Source: Candidatus Krumholzibacteriia bacterium (GTDB taxonomy: Bacteria; Krumholzibacteriota; Krumholzibacteriia; JAJRXK01). Taken from it: DNA of 64,000 nt. Shown here piece after piece: positions 48,801-58,053 of the stretch. Both the position numbers and the translations under genes were made by a program. The DNA is taken from positions 640,001-704,000 of the forward strand of contig JBGPIA010000001.1 of the NCBI GenBank assembly GCA_041484665.1, written 5' to 3'. Below the pieces are notes generated by a model that made no database searches, was not told the DNA's origin, and worked only from the letters and a program-made list of their open reading frames with translations. Within the stretch, counting starts at the first letter, position 1. Each line of letters begins with the position of its first letter.

Positions 48801-49049
48801 ATCCCGCTCGTGCTCGCCAAGGGGGAGCCGGGCAAGGAGATCCTCTACCCCGTGGCGACAGTGATTCTTGGCGGCCTGATCAGTTCTACGCTGCTCGATA
48901 TCATCGTCACACCCGCCGTTTTCTATCGTCTGGGCCGCCGCTCGGCGGAACGCTACGTCCAGCGCGCGACCCAGGTGGAGTTCGACGCACCCAGTGGCGA
49001 AGGTTTTCCACCCCCTGCCGGTTCCCTCTCGAAAGGAGATCCGCAATGA
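45870..49049 (+). CDS. CzcA/HelA-like heavy-metal RND efflux permease
   Basis: VDVFPDLNRPTV, GELVDDAIVDVEN, GRAELDEHAEGVH, ERLVPVLMTAL. Confidence 0.95.
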   Translation: MFDRIIRFSLHNRLFVVAAALLLLIYGVRVILMLPVDVFPDLNRPTVNILVEAPGLAPEEVETLVTLPIETTLNGAPGVQRVRSSSGIGLSILFVEFAWGTDIYRDRQLVSERLQLAAGRLPAGVVPSMGPVSSIMGEIMLLAMESADGTTPPMEMRTLADWVVRQRLLTIPGVSQVIPIGGGVKQYQVLTEPQKLAAMGLSLKEVEDAVAASNRNTTGGYLEAQSQEYLVRNVGRVRDSEDLLNSVVATRNGIPIPLREVANVQTGIMVKRGDGSVDGKPAVILSIQKQPGASTIALTREIEQALQELRPSLPADVKLRPIFKQANFIEAAIGNVEQALRDGAILVVIVLVLFLLNFRTTAITLTAIPLSFVSTAVIMRLFGISINTMTLGGLAVAIGELVDDAIVDVENVFRRLKQNRHSPHPRPALQVVYLASKEVRNSIVYATTLVVLVFLPLFALGGIEGRLFAPLGVAYVVSILSSFVVSLTVTPALCMYLLPRAKVMAREADSFVVRHLKRWDQRLLHWTLPHPQWVIGAAALLVAGAITLVPLMGREFLPPFNEGTATINVIATPGTSLSESNRLGTIAERLLLSVPEVISTGRRTGRAELDEHAEGVHYTEIDVDFRKSDRRHEDVLADVRARLSQIPGVVLNIGQPISHRLDHLLSGVRAQIAVKLFGQDLNVLRAKASEIQDVMRQVPGIVDLQIEKQVLVPQVRIQADRVACARYGLTVGSLTETLETALNGHVVSQVLEGQRAFDLLVRYDEASRSNLDAIRAALIDTPSGAKIPLSAVAQVESARGPNVIQHENVQRRIVVSANVSGRDLGRVVQEIQTGVRDRVKLPTGYFITYGGQFESQQSATRLIAILSLFSLASMFLVLYSHFRSVPITLQVLLNIPLALIGSVVAVFLTGGTFSVASLVGFITLTGIASRNTIMMVSHYLHLMQEEGEAFDMHMVIRGSLERLVPVLMTALTAGLALIPLVLAKGEPGKEILYPVATVILGGLISSTLLDIIVTPAVFYRLGRRSAERYVQRATQVEFDAPSGEGFPPPAGSLSKGDPQ

Positions 49050-49627
49050 AATTGAAGCTGAATCCGCTGATCATCGTGCTAGCGTTCGTTGACCTCATGC
49101 TGGTTGGCGCCTGCGGCAAATCCGAACCAGCCCAGAAAGCTCCGGGTACCGGACAGCGGCCGCCAGCCGCGGCCGCGTCGACCCCACAGCAGCAGGCCGC
49201 CACGGTCGACCACAATGGCACGGCCGACGAACTCGGCGGCAAGCACGCGGAGGCGTCGGAAAGCGCAGAGGCCGCTGAGCATGGCGGCGGTGAAGCAGTG
49301 GTGCCCGCGGGCACAGCCGCGGGGATCTGGACACAGATCGCCCAAGAGCAGACCAAGCTGCAAACGGTGATGGAATCCGGGCAACTCTCCGACGTTCATC
49401 ATCTGGCCTTCGGAATCCGCGACTTGGTTGTCGCGCTCGCCGGCAAAGCGGGCACACTCCCGCCCACGAAGGCAGCCAGTCTGCAGTCGCTGGTGGAACG
49501 GGTGAAGACTCGCGCTGCAAACCTCGACGAGTTCGGTGATAGCGGCAACCTGGGAGGGGTCAAGCGCGAGTACGCGGCGTTGCAGCAGGATCTCGCGTCG
49601 CTGAAGCAGCTGGTCGGAGGCGTCTGA
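49046..49627 (+). CDS. Helical lipoprotein with His residues, possibly metal-binding
   Basis: Lipobox LVGAC; VHHLAFGIRDLV; ATGA overlap with the RND permease, AGGAG RBS. Confidence 0.75.
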   Translation: MKLKLNPLIIVLAFVDLMLVGACGKSEPAQKAPGTGQRPPAAAASTPQQQAATVDHNGTADELGGKHAEASESAEAAEHGGGEAVVPAGTAAGIWTQIAQEQTKLQTVMESGQLSDVHHLAFGIRDLVVALAGKAGTLPPTKAASLQSLVERVKTRAANLDEFGDSGNLGGVKREYAALQQDLASLKQLVGGV

Positions 49628-49816
49628 GCCCGGGAGGTGAAGCGCTGCGGGCGGGAGCGGGCGCCGGGCTCTCCCCGCCCGGCCATTTCGCTGATCCGGC
49701 CCGGCTTCCCAAGGAACCGGATCTCGTGCAGGAGCGAGATCTCGCGTTGCCCCTTGAGCCATTCCGCCCCTGTGTGCGCGGCCCCAACGCGAGCGCTTCC
49801 GCGCTCCGCTCCAGCG

Positions 49817-51838
49817 CTACCTCACCAGGGCCAGCTCGCGGCTGCGCACGATGGACCCCGCCTCGACGCGACAGAGGTAGGTTCCCGAGGCCACGTCTCG
49901 CCCCCGGTCGTCCCGCCCGTCCCAGCGAATGCCGTGCTCACCTGGCGGCTGCGCGAGGCCGGCCAGGAGCGTGCGCACGAGGCGCCCCGCCGGGTTGTAC
50001 ACCCGGACGCTGACGACTGCCGCCTCGGGCAGCTCGTAGCGGATCAGCGTGGCCGGATTGAACGGATTGGGCACGTTGGGGTGCACGACCAGTCCGCGCG
50101 CTGGAAGCCCCCGCAACGGCGCGCCCGTGGCCCCGCCGGCCGTGACTTGGACGATCACCGCCTCCGAGGGGATGTCGTCCACCATCGCGAAGACCATGTA
50201 GTAGCCCAGGGGCAGCACATTCTCGTCGGAGGGCAGGCTGGCCGTGATGACCGACCCGACCTGCGCCGGCTCCAACACCAGCAGCCGCGGAATTCCGCTG
50301 AACACCCAGTGCGTCGTGACGCCGGTTCCCATCAGGACGACGCTGGTGATCCGCGTGTCCGGCTCGATGGTCAGCTTAATCATCCCGCCGCGCTGCAGAT
50401 CGGTCGCCGCAATGGCTGCAATGCGCGGCCGGACGCCGCGCAGCAGGTACGGCGGCACGTAGGCCTCGATGTCCGACGTCGTCGGCCCGTACTGGAACTT
50501 GATCCGCGTGCCCCCGGTGGTGGCCACACGCCCGTCGCGCAACAGCAGCGTGACGGCGTGATACTCGCGGAACCAGTTCATGTCTGCCACCCGACGCCAG
50601 CGATCGGCGACGGAGTCATAGAGATCGGTCCACTTCACGATCCCCAACGCCGACGAAACCCCGGGCGGCAGCGGGCTCGTTTCGGTCTCGCCGCCCGCCA
50701 CGAGCACGCGCCCGTCGGGCAGCGGCACGACCTCGGTCTGCAAGCGCACCAGTCCGGGGTTCGAGGTGAGGCTCCAGGCCCCCGTCGCCGGATCATAGAC
50801 CTCGCCCATGCTGGCGTTGCCGTCGGGCCCGCGGATGACACCGAGCGCCAGCGCCCGGCCGTCCGCCAGCACCACCAGCGAGTGGTCGCAGTGCCCGGGC
50901 CACGAGCGGTTGGGCTGGTTGAAGTCACCCGTAGGCCGCCACTGACCGGTCGCCGGGTTGTAGAGCTGCGGCGGGGACCATGTGGCCAATACCTCCCCTG
51001 TGTAAAGCAGTGCGCTGGGCGGGAACTCCACGGCGTGCAGCATCGATCCGGTCAGGCTCCAGGTCTGCGTCTGCAGGTCGAAGCGCTCACACGTGGCGGT
51101 GCGCACCGCATCGGGAGCCGTGCCGCCCCCCATGATCAGGAACGAGCCGTCCGCAAGGCGCGCAAGCCCCGGATACCAGCGTCCGGTAGGGGCCTGTAAT
51201 TGCGGCAGCAGCTGCCACGCGTTGGCCTGCGGTGAGTATCGCTTCACCCAGCGGACGGCGTTGCGGAACGAGCCGGGGTCCGCGCCGTCCTGCCCCCCCG
51301 CCATCAGGATGCTCCCGTCCTGCAGCAGGCTGCCATTCATGCACCCCTGCGCCGACGGCGAGCCGGCGGGAAACGACTTGGCGCCGGTGGCGGGATCGAA
51401 GCGGATCGGATCGGTGGTGTCGTGGCAGAAGAACAGCGTGCCATCCGGAAGCAGAATGCCGATGTCGGTCGCGTCGAAGAACTCGGGCGCCGTGGAGCCG
51501 ATGATGTCCCAGCGGCCGGGCTCGGTCTCCGGCTGAAGCGAGAAATCTTGCTGCAGCGGGCCCGCGCCGACCAACGCTCCGGCCTCTAGGTACTGATGCC
51601 TCAGCGCCGCGCAGCCTACTCGGTACGTCCCGGCCAGCGGTACGTCCACGGAGTACGAACCGTCCAGCCCCGAGCGCGTCTCGGTGAACAACGAGAGATC
51701 GGGCAGGAAGACGGTCATGCGCGCGCCGGCGACCGGGAGCTGCGGAGGTGCAGCCTCCCGCACCACCCCACTGACCGTGGCAGCCTCTGCGGGAGCGACT
51801 ACGAGCACGCAGACGAGCAGGCAAGCAAGCCGGTTCAT
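49817..51838 (-). CDS. Secreted galactose/glyoxal oxidase-like copper radical oxidase (kelch + DUF1929-like + FlgD-Ig)
   Basis: GCMNGSLLQDG (Cys), RWYP (Tyr), REYHAV (Tyr-His), TTHW (His), YVPPYL, PLGYYMVF; C-terminal PNPFNP..WDGRD. Confidence 0.88.
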   Translation of the reverse strand: MNRLACLLVCVLVVAPAEAATVSGVVREAAPPQLPVAGARMTVFLPDLSLFTETRSGLDGSYSVDVPLAGTYRVGCAALRHQYLEAGALVGAGPLQQDFSLQPETEPGRWDIIGSTAPEFFDATDIGILLPDGTLFFCHDTTDPIRFDPATGAKSFPAGSPSAQGCMNGSLLQDGSILMAGGQDGADPGSFRNAVRWVKRYSPQANAWQLLPQLQAPTGRWYPGLARLADGSFLIMGGGTAPDAVRTATCERFDLQTQTWSLTGSMLHAVEFPPSALLYTGEVLATWSPPQLYNPATGQWRPTGDFNQPNRSWPGHCDHSLVVLADGRALALGVIRGPDGNASMGEVYDPATGAWSLTSNPGLVRLQTEVVPLPDGRVLVAGGETETSPLPPGVSSALGIVKWTDLYDSVADRWRRVADMNWFREYHAVTLLLRDGRVATTGGTRIKFQYGPTTSDIEAYVPPYLLRGVRPRIAAIAATDLQRGGMIKLTIEPDTRITSVVLMGTGVTTHWVFSGIPRLLVLEPAQVGSVITASLPSDENVLPLGYYMVFAMVDDIPSEAVIVQVTAGGATGAPLRGLPARGLVVHPNVPNPFNPATLIRYELPEAAVVSVRVYNPAGRLVRTLLAGLAQPPGEHGIRWDGRDDRGRDVASGTYLCRVEAGSIVRSRELALVR

Positions 51839-51911
51839 GTGCCAAGCCTTGGGGGACCTGGAGTCTAGCACAATACGGCCTATTTTGGGGGGTGTGCTGG
51901 ACGGCCTGCCC

Positions 51912-52025
51912 ATGTCCACCCTCGCCTGCCACACCGCGGGATCGCTGACGATCGTCGCCGGCGAACCGCTGCACCGCCTACGCGACCGGCTGGGACACTC
52001 CAGCGTGCTCGTGACGTCGCGCTAA
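51912..52025 (+). pseudogene. C-terminal remnant of a tyrosine recombinase/integrase
   Basis: CHTAGSLTIVAGEPLHRLRDRLGHSSVLVTSR* matches RHT.AS....AG.PL..V...LGHSS...T.RY, with TAA at the catalytic Tyr position. Confidence 0.75.
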
Positions 52026-52177
52026 CCCGGAGAAAGTACCGCCCGAGGTCGCAATGCGAATTCCGCCAGAAGTGATCCCGCGGCAACCGGTCTTGTGCGC
52101 CCGGCAGACCCGGCCTATCTTGCCGCTCGACCAACTATCGGCGCACGTCACCTGGAACCCCGCGAGGAGGTAGACCG

Positions 52178-53386
52178 GTGAAAATGCAGCCCGCGTTTCG
52201 CTGCCTGCTGCTCCTCGTTCCAATTCTGTCCCTTCTTCCAGTCCGAACTTCCCAAGCGGTGCCCGCATTTGCCCGGCGCGAGGGGGCTAAGTGCCAGATG
52301 TGCCACTTCCGTCTGCCTGAGCTCAATGAGGACGGGCACTCCTACATCCGGCGCGGCCTTAGAGAGGAACGCCGAGGGATGGCGCCGCAGACGGGGATGG
52401 TCATGGGGACCGGAGAGGTGGCGAAGACTCCGCTCGCCTCCACCGCTCGTCCTCTGGGAGAGGCCCTGCCGCTGAGCTGGCAAGATTATCTAACGGTCAT
52501 GGGGCACCATACCTTCGAAGCGCACCGTCATGCACAGGCCGGGTTTCACTCGGGCATGATCGATGGCTGGATCGGCGGGCCGCTCGATCAGCGCTGGTCC
52601 GGCGTCGCGAACTTCGCGTTCGACATCGAGGCCGGCGGCGTCGAGGTGGAACAGGCGTATGCCCAGTTCAACACCTCTTGGAGTCCACGTTTCGCTTCCC
52701 TTCGCTTCGGCCAACTTCTTCCTTTCGCGGTGCTCTTCAACGGGGGTGGCGCTGGCATGTCGCTGTCTGCGCCCGTCGTCCTGGAGACGCCGTCGAGACC
52801 GCGGAATCCTTGGGCACCTGCGACGCTCCTGCGTGGAGTTGAAATTGGCGTGGTAGACCTGCCCAGTTGGAACGCGTACGTGGGCGCGGGCCAGCCCCAG
52901 ATCGACGATCTCGTGGGTGCCAGCCACACGGATGTCTATGCCAGCGCGGAATACCTCATCGGCAAGAAAGGCAACGCCGTCAGCGGCTTCGGCTACAAGG
53001 GCGAGATCGCAGCCTCTCCCGGACAACCCTCGATCGACTACGAGAGAGTCGCGCTGTTCGCCAATGGCTATGGGCCCAGGACGAAGGGAGTGCTGGGGCT
53101 TCTCTGGGGGAGGGACAGGCCGGCCGGGGGCAAATCCCTGGGCACCGCGGGCGGGTTCCTGCTCGGGGAGGTTCTACTTGCGGAGCGATGGGCCGGGTAC
53201 GTGCGCTACGATTACGTAAACCGGGAGGCCCTTGTTGGAGATGCAGAGACCACTGACGGGCCGACCATTGGTGTGTCCTTCTGGGCACAGACCCAGGTGC
53301 GACTCACGCTCGAATCCCAGTTCCTGAAGTCGACCAGTACGTCCCGAGACCGGAGCGCGATCGCCGAGTTAATGTGGGCCTTTTGA
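52178..53386 (+). CDS. Cyc2-like fused monoheme cytochrome c / outer-membrane beta-barrel
   Basis: Signal peptide; VPAFARREGAKCQMCHFRLPELN; alternating beta-strands; C-terminal Phe (WAF). Confidence 0.82.
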   Translation: MKMQPAFRCLLLLVPILSLLPVRTSQAVPAFARREGAKCQMCHFRLPELNEDGHSYIRRGLREERRGMAPQTGMVMGTGEVAKTPLASTARPLGEALPLSWQDYLTVMGHHTFEAHRHAQAGFHSGMIDGWIGGPLDQRWSGVANFAFDIEAGGVEVEQAYAQFNTSWSPRFASLRFGQLLPFAVLFNGGGAGMSLSAPVVLETPSRPRNPWAPATLLRGVEIGVVDLPSWNAYVGAGQPQIDDLVGASHTDVYASAEYLIGKKGNAVSGFGYKGEIAASPGQPSIDYERVALFANGYGPRTKGVLGLLWGRDRPAGGKSLGTAGGFLLGEVLLAERWAGYVRYDYVNREALVGDAETTDGPTIGVSFWAQTQVRLTLESQFLKSTSTSRDRSAIAELMWAF

Positions 53387-53420
53387 GCCTGCGGGAGGAT
53401 GACTCCTTGGCAACGGCCAT

Positions 53421-53528
53421 ATGGATAGCTACGGGCAAGGCGGCTGGATGGTTCTGTGGTGGATCGGCGGGCTTGCGATCCTGATCGTGCTGGTCTGGTT
53501 TCACGCGAAGAGGCGAGGCGGTAAATAA
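53421..53528 (+). CDS. 35-aa single-TM small protein (not in the ORF track)
   Basis: MDSYGQGGWMVLWWIGGLAILIVLVWFHAKRRGGK*; fills the gap between two co-oriented genes. Confidence 0.6.
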   Translation: MDSYGQGGWMVLWWIGGLAILIVLVWFHAKRRGGK

Positions 53529-53541
53529 GAGGACCCGACAC

Positions 53542-53850
53542 ATGTTGGGCATCGAATACGGGTTCGCGCGCAGTTTGAAGGGTATCTCCTACGGAGCAGC
53601 AAGACAGCGCTTCGAAGTGGCGCTCAAAGAAGCAGGCTTTGGCGTACTCACGGAGATCGATGTCAAGGCCACGCTCAAGGCGCAGTTGGACGCGGACTTT
53701 ACCAACTACTTGATCCTGGGAGCATGCAACCCGACTCTTGCCCACTCGGCGTTGAGCACGGAGCCGGGCATGGGCCTCCTGCTTCCCTGCAATGTCGTGG
53801 TCACGCAGAACTATGACGGTAACGCGGTCGTCTCGAGACGCTGCAGATGA
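53542..53850 (+). pseudogene. DUF302 domain protein, C-terminally truncated
   Basis: GFGVLTEIDVKATLK..YLILGACNP.LA..AL..EP..GLLLPCNVVV; last strand/helix replaced by IS-derived sequence. Confidence 0.8.
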
Positions 53851-53970
53851 GGCTGATCAAGTTCGGCGGAAAGGTCGGGGCGGCGACCCGGCGAAATGTG
53901 CTCCAACTTTCGGCGAGCCATCGGTGGGGTGCCGATTGGACGCGCACGGCGAAGCTCCTGAGCGGGCGCG
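53832..53970 (+). mobile_element. C-terminal remnant of an IS1380-like transposase
   Basis: LETLQMRLIKFGGKVGAATRRNVLQLSASHRW resembles the IS1380 C-terminal TLR.KLIKIGARV....RR..L.L..S.PW. Confidence 0.6.
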
Positions 53971-54156
53971 CGCGCCCGCAGCTTCTCCAGCCCCGGCTCC
54001 CAGCCCCCGGGATCGCAGAGGGATTCGCGGGAGGAGATCCTCAGCCAGCGCACGTACGTGGCTAGATCGATCAAACTGAGTGCCTTGAGAGTCTCGCCGG
54101 CCTGAGTCGCTGCCGCAGTGCGGGCAAGCCGATGGCAGCCAGCCCAGGGAAAAGCG

Positions 54157-56574
54157 ATGAGAGCAGCACGCTTCGCAGAGGAAGCGGCCCGATCGGCAGT
54201 GGATCCCGTGTGCGGGATGAAGGTCGATCCATCCAGGGCGACGCATCGATTCGAGCACGCGGGAGCCGCGTACGTGTTCTGCTCCAGCCAATGCCGCGAG
54301 AAGTTCGCAGCGACCCCGGATGCATGGCTCAGGCCGAAGCCGCCGCGCGGCGGGGATTTCATCCCCGCGGAGCGGCGGGCGGCCGGTCCCTCCAGCGGAC
54401 CGCCCGCCCCCGCTGTTTCAGAAACGACGCCACCAGGGCAGCGGCGCGCGGAACGTGACCTGGTCTACTCGTGCCCCATGCACCCGGAGGTCGTGCGTTC
54501 CGAACCCGGGAGCTGCCCGATCTGCGGCATGGCGCTCGAGCCACGCACGATCGCGGTCGGCCACGAGAAGAACCCCGAACTCGACAGCATGCGTCGCCGG
54601 TTGTGGGCCAGCATCGCTCTGACGCTCCCGCTACTCCTGATCGCAATGGCCGAGGTCGTGCGCCTCCACGCGCTGCTGCCGGCCGCCTCGCCTCGGGTGA
54701 TCACGCTCGTGCAGCTCCTTCTTGCCTCCCCGGTCGTCGTCTGGGGAGCGTGGCCGTTCTTCGTCCGTGGCTGGAAGTCGGTCGCGACGCGCAAGCTCAA
54801 CATGTTCACCCTGATCGGACTCGGCATCTTCGTCGCCTACGGCTACAGCCTGGTCGCCGCGCTTCTCCCTCGGTTCTTCCCGCCTTCATTCCGGAACGCG
54901 CACGGCGAAATTCCGGTCTACTTCGAGGCCGCGGCCGTGATCACCACGCTCGTGCTCCTGGGGCAGGTGCTCGAGCTGAGGGCCCGCAGTCAGACCGGTG
55001 CGGCCATCAAGGCGCTGCTGGGCCTTGCCCCCAAGACCGCCCGCCTGATCCGCAGCGACGGAGGCGAGGAGGACATCCCCCTCGATCAGGTCCGTCCCAA
55101 AGACAAGCTCCGCGTACGTCCCGGCGAGAAGGTACCGGTGGACGGTGCCGTGCTCGAAGGCTCCAGCGCGATCGACGAATCCATGGTCACCGGCGAGTCG
55201 ATCCCCGTGGAGAAGGTCCCTGGAGACCACGTGATCGGCGCGACCGTGAACGGCACCGGCTCGCTGGTGGTGGAGGCGCGCAAGGTAGGTGCTGACACGC
55301 TACTCTCCCAGATCGTCCAGTTGGTGGCCGACGCGCAGCGCAGCCGCGCCCCGATCCAGAAGCTGGCCGATCGAGTGTCGGGCTACTTCGTCCCGGCCGT
55401 GATCGGCATTGCTGCCGTTACGTTCGTGGTGTGGGCGCTGGTCGGCCCGCATCCGCGCATGGCGTACGCGCTGATCAATGCCGTGGCCGTTCTGATCATC
55501 GCCTGCCCGTGCGCGCTCGGACTGGCGACGCCGATGTCGATCATGGTGGCTGTAGGCAAGGGCGCCACCGTCGGGGTTCTGTTCAAGGACGCCGAGGCCA
55601 TCGAGATGCTACGCAAGGTGGACACACTTGTGGTGGACAAGACCGGTACCCTGACGCAGGGAAAGCCCAAGCTCGTGTCAGTGGTGCCCGGCGATGGATG
55701 GGATGAACGTACGGTGCTCCGGTTCGCCGCCAGCCTCGAGCGCGGGAGCGAGCATCCGCTCGCCGCCGCGATCGTCGCCGGCGCCAGCGAGCGCGGGAAC
55801 GAGCTCACGACCGCCGGCGAGTTCCAATCGGCCACCGGCAAGGGGGTAAAGGGCAGCGTCGACGGCCATGCCGTCGCGCTCGGCAATGCGAAGCTCCTCC
55901 AGGATCTCGGCGTCGCTGCGGGCGAACTCGCGCGCCGCGCCGACGCGCTTCGGGCCGACGGCCAGACCGTCATGTTCGTTGCGGTCGACGGCAAGATTGC
56001 CGGTCTCATCGGGGTCGCCGACCCGATCAAGGAAACCACGCCCGACGCAATCCGAAACCTGCACGACGGGGGAATACGCGTCGTGATGCTCACGGGCGAC
56101 AGCCGCACGACAGCCGAAGCGGTCGCGCGGAAACTCGGGATCGACGAGGTCGTGGCCGAGGTCCTCCCCGACCGAAAGGCAGAGGTCATCCGTCGCTTGC
56201 AGCAAGAGCACCGCTTCGTCGCCATGGCGGGCGACGGAATCAATGACGCCCCGGCGCTGGCCCAAGCCCAGGTGGGAATCGCAATGGGCACGGGAACGGA
56301 CGTGGCCATGGAGAGCGCGGGCGTGACCCTGGTCAAGGGTGATCTGCGGGGGATCGTGCGCGCACGGGTCCTCAGTCGCGCCACCATGCGCAACATCCGG
56401 CAGAATCTGATCTTGGCCTTCGTCTACAACTCGCTGGGAGTGCCCATCGCGGCCGGCGTGCTCTATCCGGTCTTCGGGCTGCTCCTCAGCCCCATGATCG
56501 CCGCGGCCGCGATGAGCTTCAGTTCGGTCTCGGTGATTGGGAATGCGCTGCGCCTGCGGCGCCTGACGCTCTAG
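54157..56574 (+). CDS. copA: Cu(I)-translocating P1B-type ATPase with N-terminal YHS and heavy-metal-binding domains
   Basis: DPVCGM..FCS..C (YHS); [44 protein letters not shown]..., MSFSS. Confidence 0.96.
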   Translation: MRAARFAEEAARSAVDPVCGMKVDPSRATHRFEHAGAAYVFCSSQCREKFAATPDAWLRPKPPRGGDFIPAERRAAGPSSGPPAPAVSETTPPGQRRAERDLVYSCPMHPEVVRSEPGSCPICGMALEPRTIAVGHEKNPELDSMRRRLWASIALTLPLLLIAMAEVVRLHALLPAASPRVITLVQLLLASPVVVWGAWPFFVRGWKSVATRKLNMFTLIGLGIFVAYGYSLVAALLPRFFPPSFRNAHGEIPVYFEAAAVITTLVLLGQVLELRARSQTGAAIKALLGLAPKTARLIRSDGGEEDIPLDQVRPKDKLRVRPGEKVPVDGAVLEGSSAIDESMVTGESIPVEKVPGDHVIGATVNGTGSLVVEARKVGADTLLSQIVQLVADAQRSRAPIQKLADRVSGYFVPAVIGIAAVTFVVWALVGPHPRMAYALINAVAVLIIACPCALGLATPMSIMVAVGKGATVGVLFKDAEAIEMLRKVDTLVVDKTGTLTQGKPKLVSVVPGDGWDERTVLRFAASLERGSEHPLAAAIVAGASERGNELTTAGEFQSATGKGVKGSVDGHAVALGNAKLLQDLGVAAGELARRADALRADGQTVMFVAVDGKIAGLIGVADPIKETTPDAIRNLHDGGIRVVMLTGDSRTTAEAVARKLGIDEVVAEVLPDRKAEVIRRLQQEHRFVAMAGDGINDAPALAQAQVGIAMGTGTDVAMESAGVTLVKGDLRGIVRARVLSRATMRNIRQNLILAFVYNSLGVPIAAGVLYPVFGLLLSPMIAAAAMSFSSVSVIGNALRLRRLTL

Positions 56575-56584
56575 AGAAGCCCGC

Positions 56585-56607
56585 CCCCTTCGCAGGAAGC
56601 GAAGGGG
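56585..56607 (+). terminator. 9-bp hairpin directly after copA (no U-tract)
   Basis: ccccttcgc-aggaa-gcgaagggg. Confidence 0.4.
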
Positions 56608-56739
56608 CAGGCCGGCGAGCGGGTTTCCGACAGCCTCGCAGGTGAGGCCAGCGGGCAGCCGAAGCACCGCTGTGGGGCGCTCCCCTGCGAAAGGTCGCCA
56701 GCCCTCGACAAGACGGCCGCCATCCAGGACTCTCCCCCC

Positions 56740-58053
56740 ATGGGAGCCTCTTCCCGCGCCATTACCGCCTGGTGCTTGTACGACGTCGGCAACTCCGCGT
56801 TCGCCACGACAGTGATTGCCGCGCTGCTCCCCGTCTATTTCAGCGAGGTGGCCGGCGCATCGCTCCACGCCGATCCCGCGCGCGCCCGGGTGCTGGCCAC
56901 CACCACCTGGGCGTGGGCCAACACGCTGTCGCTGGCGGTGGTCGCGGTCGGGTCGCCGCTCCTGGGGGCGGTGGCCGACCTGCGTGGCGGTCGCAAGCGG
57001 CTGCTTGCCGGCTTCGCCGTGATCGGGGCGCTGCTGACCGCGCTGCTGGTGACCGTGGAGCGCGGCGATTGGCTGCGCGCGGCCACGCTGTTCGCCTTCG
57101 CCCAGGTCGCCTACTCGTGGTCCATCGTGATGTACGACTCGCTCCTGCCCCACGTCGCCGATCCCGGCCAGCTCGACCGGGTATCCTCCCGCGGGTTCGC
57201 TTGGGGGTACCTCGGCGGGGGCGTGCTGCTGGCGGCGCAGGTCGCTGCGATCCTCAAACCTCGGTGGTTTGGCCTGCACGACGCTGGCATGGCGACGCGG
57301 CTGTCGTTCCTGACGGTCGGGGTCTGGTGGCTCCTCTTCACGCTGCCGCTGTTGAGGCACGTCCACGAGCGACGTGGACGCACGGTGGTGGCCGGCTCGG
57401 TCCGCGCGCTGGAGCTTCCGCGGCGCACGCTCGCGCTACTGTGGAAGACGCTGCACGAGCTGCGCGGGCACCGCGACGCATTCCGCTTCCTGATCGCGTT
57501 CTGGCTCTACAACGACGGCATCGGGACCATCGTGCGCATGGCCACCATCTTCGGCGCCGAGATCGGCGTGGGGCGCACGACGCTCATCGGCGCCATCCTG
57601 CTGGTCCAGTTTCTGGGCTTCCCGTTCTCGCTCTTGTTCGGCCGGCTGGCGGCCCGCTTCGGGCCCAAGCGTGCCGTGCTGGCGGCTCTCGTGGGCTACG
57701 TGGGAATCTGCGTGTTCGCCACGTTCATGACCTCCGCCCTGCACTTCTGGCTGCTGGCCGTGCTGGTGAGCGTAGTGCAGGGCGGGGCGCAAGCGCTCAG
57801 CCGCTCGCTGTTCGCCGCCATGATCCCCGTAGAGCGCAGCGCCGAGTTCTTCGGTTTCTACGACCTCAGCTCCAAGTTCGCCGGGATCCTGGGGCCGCTG
57901 GTGTTCGCGGCCGCCGGGACGCTGCTGGGCAGCAGTCGGTTCGGCGTGTTGGCCGTGCTCGTGTTCTTCGTGGCTGGCATCGCCGTGCTGAGCACGGTGC
58001 ATCCCGAGCGGTCCGCCGCGCCAGGCGGCCGGCGCGCGGAGGCGCCGTCGTGA
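56740..58053 (+). CDS. MFS transporter, UMF1/Atg22 family
   Basis: [50 protein letters not shown]. Confidence 0.93.
   Translation: MGASSRAITAWCLYDVGNSAFATTVIAALLPVYFSEVAGASLHADPARARVLATTTWAWANTLSLAVVAVGSPLLGAVADLRGGRKRLLAGFAVIGALLTALLVTVERGDWLRAATLFAFAQVAYSWSIVMYDSLLPHVADPGQLDRVSSRGFAWGYLGGGVLLAAQVAAILKPRWFGLHDAGMATRLSFLTVGVWWLLFTLPLLRHVHERRGRTVVAGSVRALELPRRTLALLWKTLHELRGHRDAFRFLIAFWLYNDGIGTIVRMATIFGAEIGVGRTTLIGAILLVQFLGFPFSLLFGRLAARFGPKRAVLAALVGYVGICVFATFMTSALHFWLLAVLVSVVQGGAQALSRSLFAAMIPVERSAEFFGFYDLSSKFAGILGPLVFAAAGTLLGSSRFGVLAVLVFFVAGIAVLSTVHPERSAAPGGRRAEAPS

Noticed and set aside
49660..49790. Minus-strand coding-like fragment EWLKGQREISLLHEIRFLGKPGRI
   Set aside because: No start/RBS context and no family recognised; left unassigned
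52080..52125. Sigma54 promoter upstream of the Cyc2-like gene (cggcctatcttgc)
   Set aside because: GG-to-GC spacing is 8, not 10, and the shared palindrome is absent
52178..53386. Claim that the organism oxidises iron
   Set aside because: A Cyc2-like motif alone is insufficient, and the context is copper homeostasis
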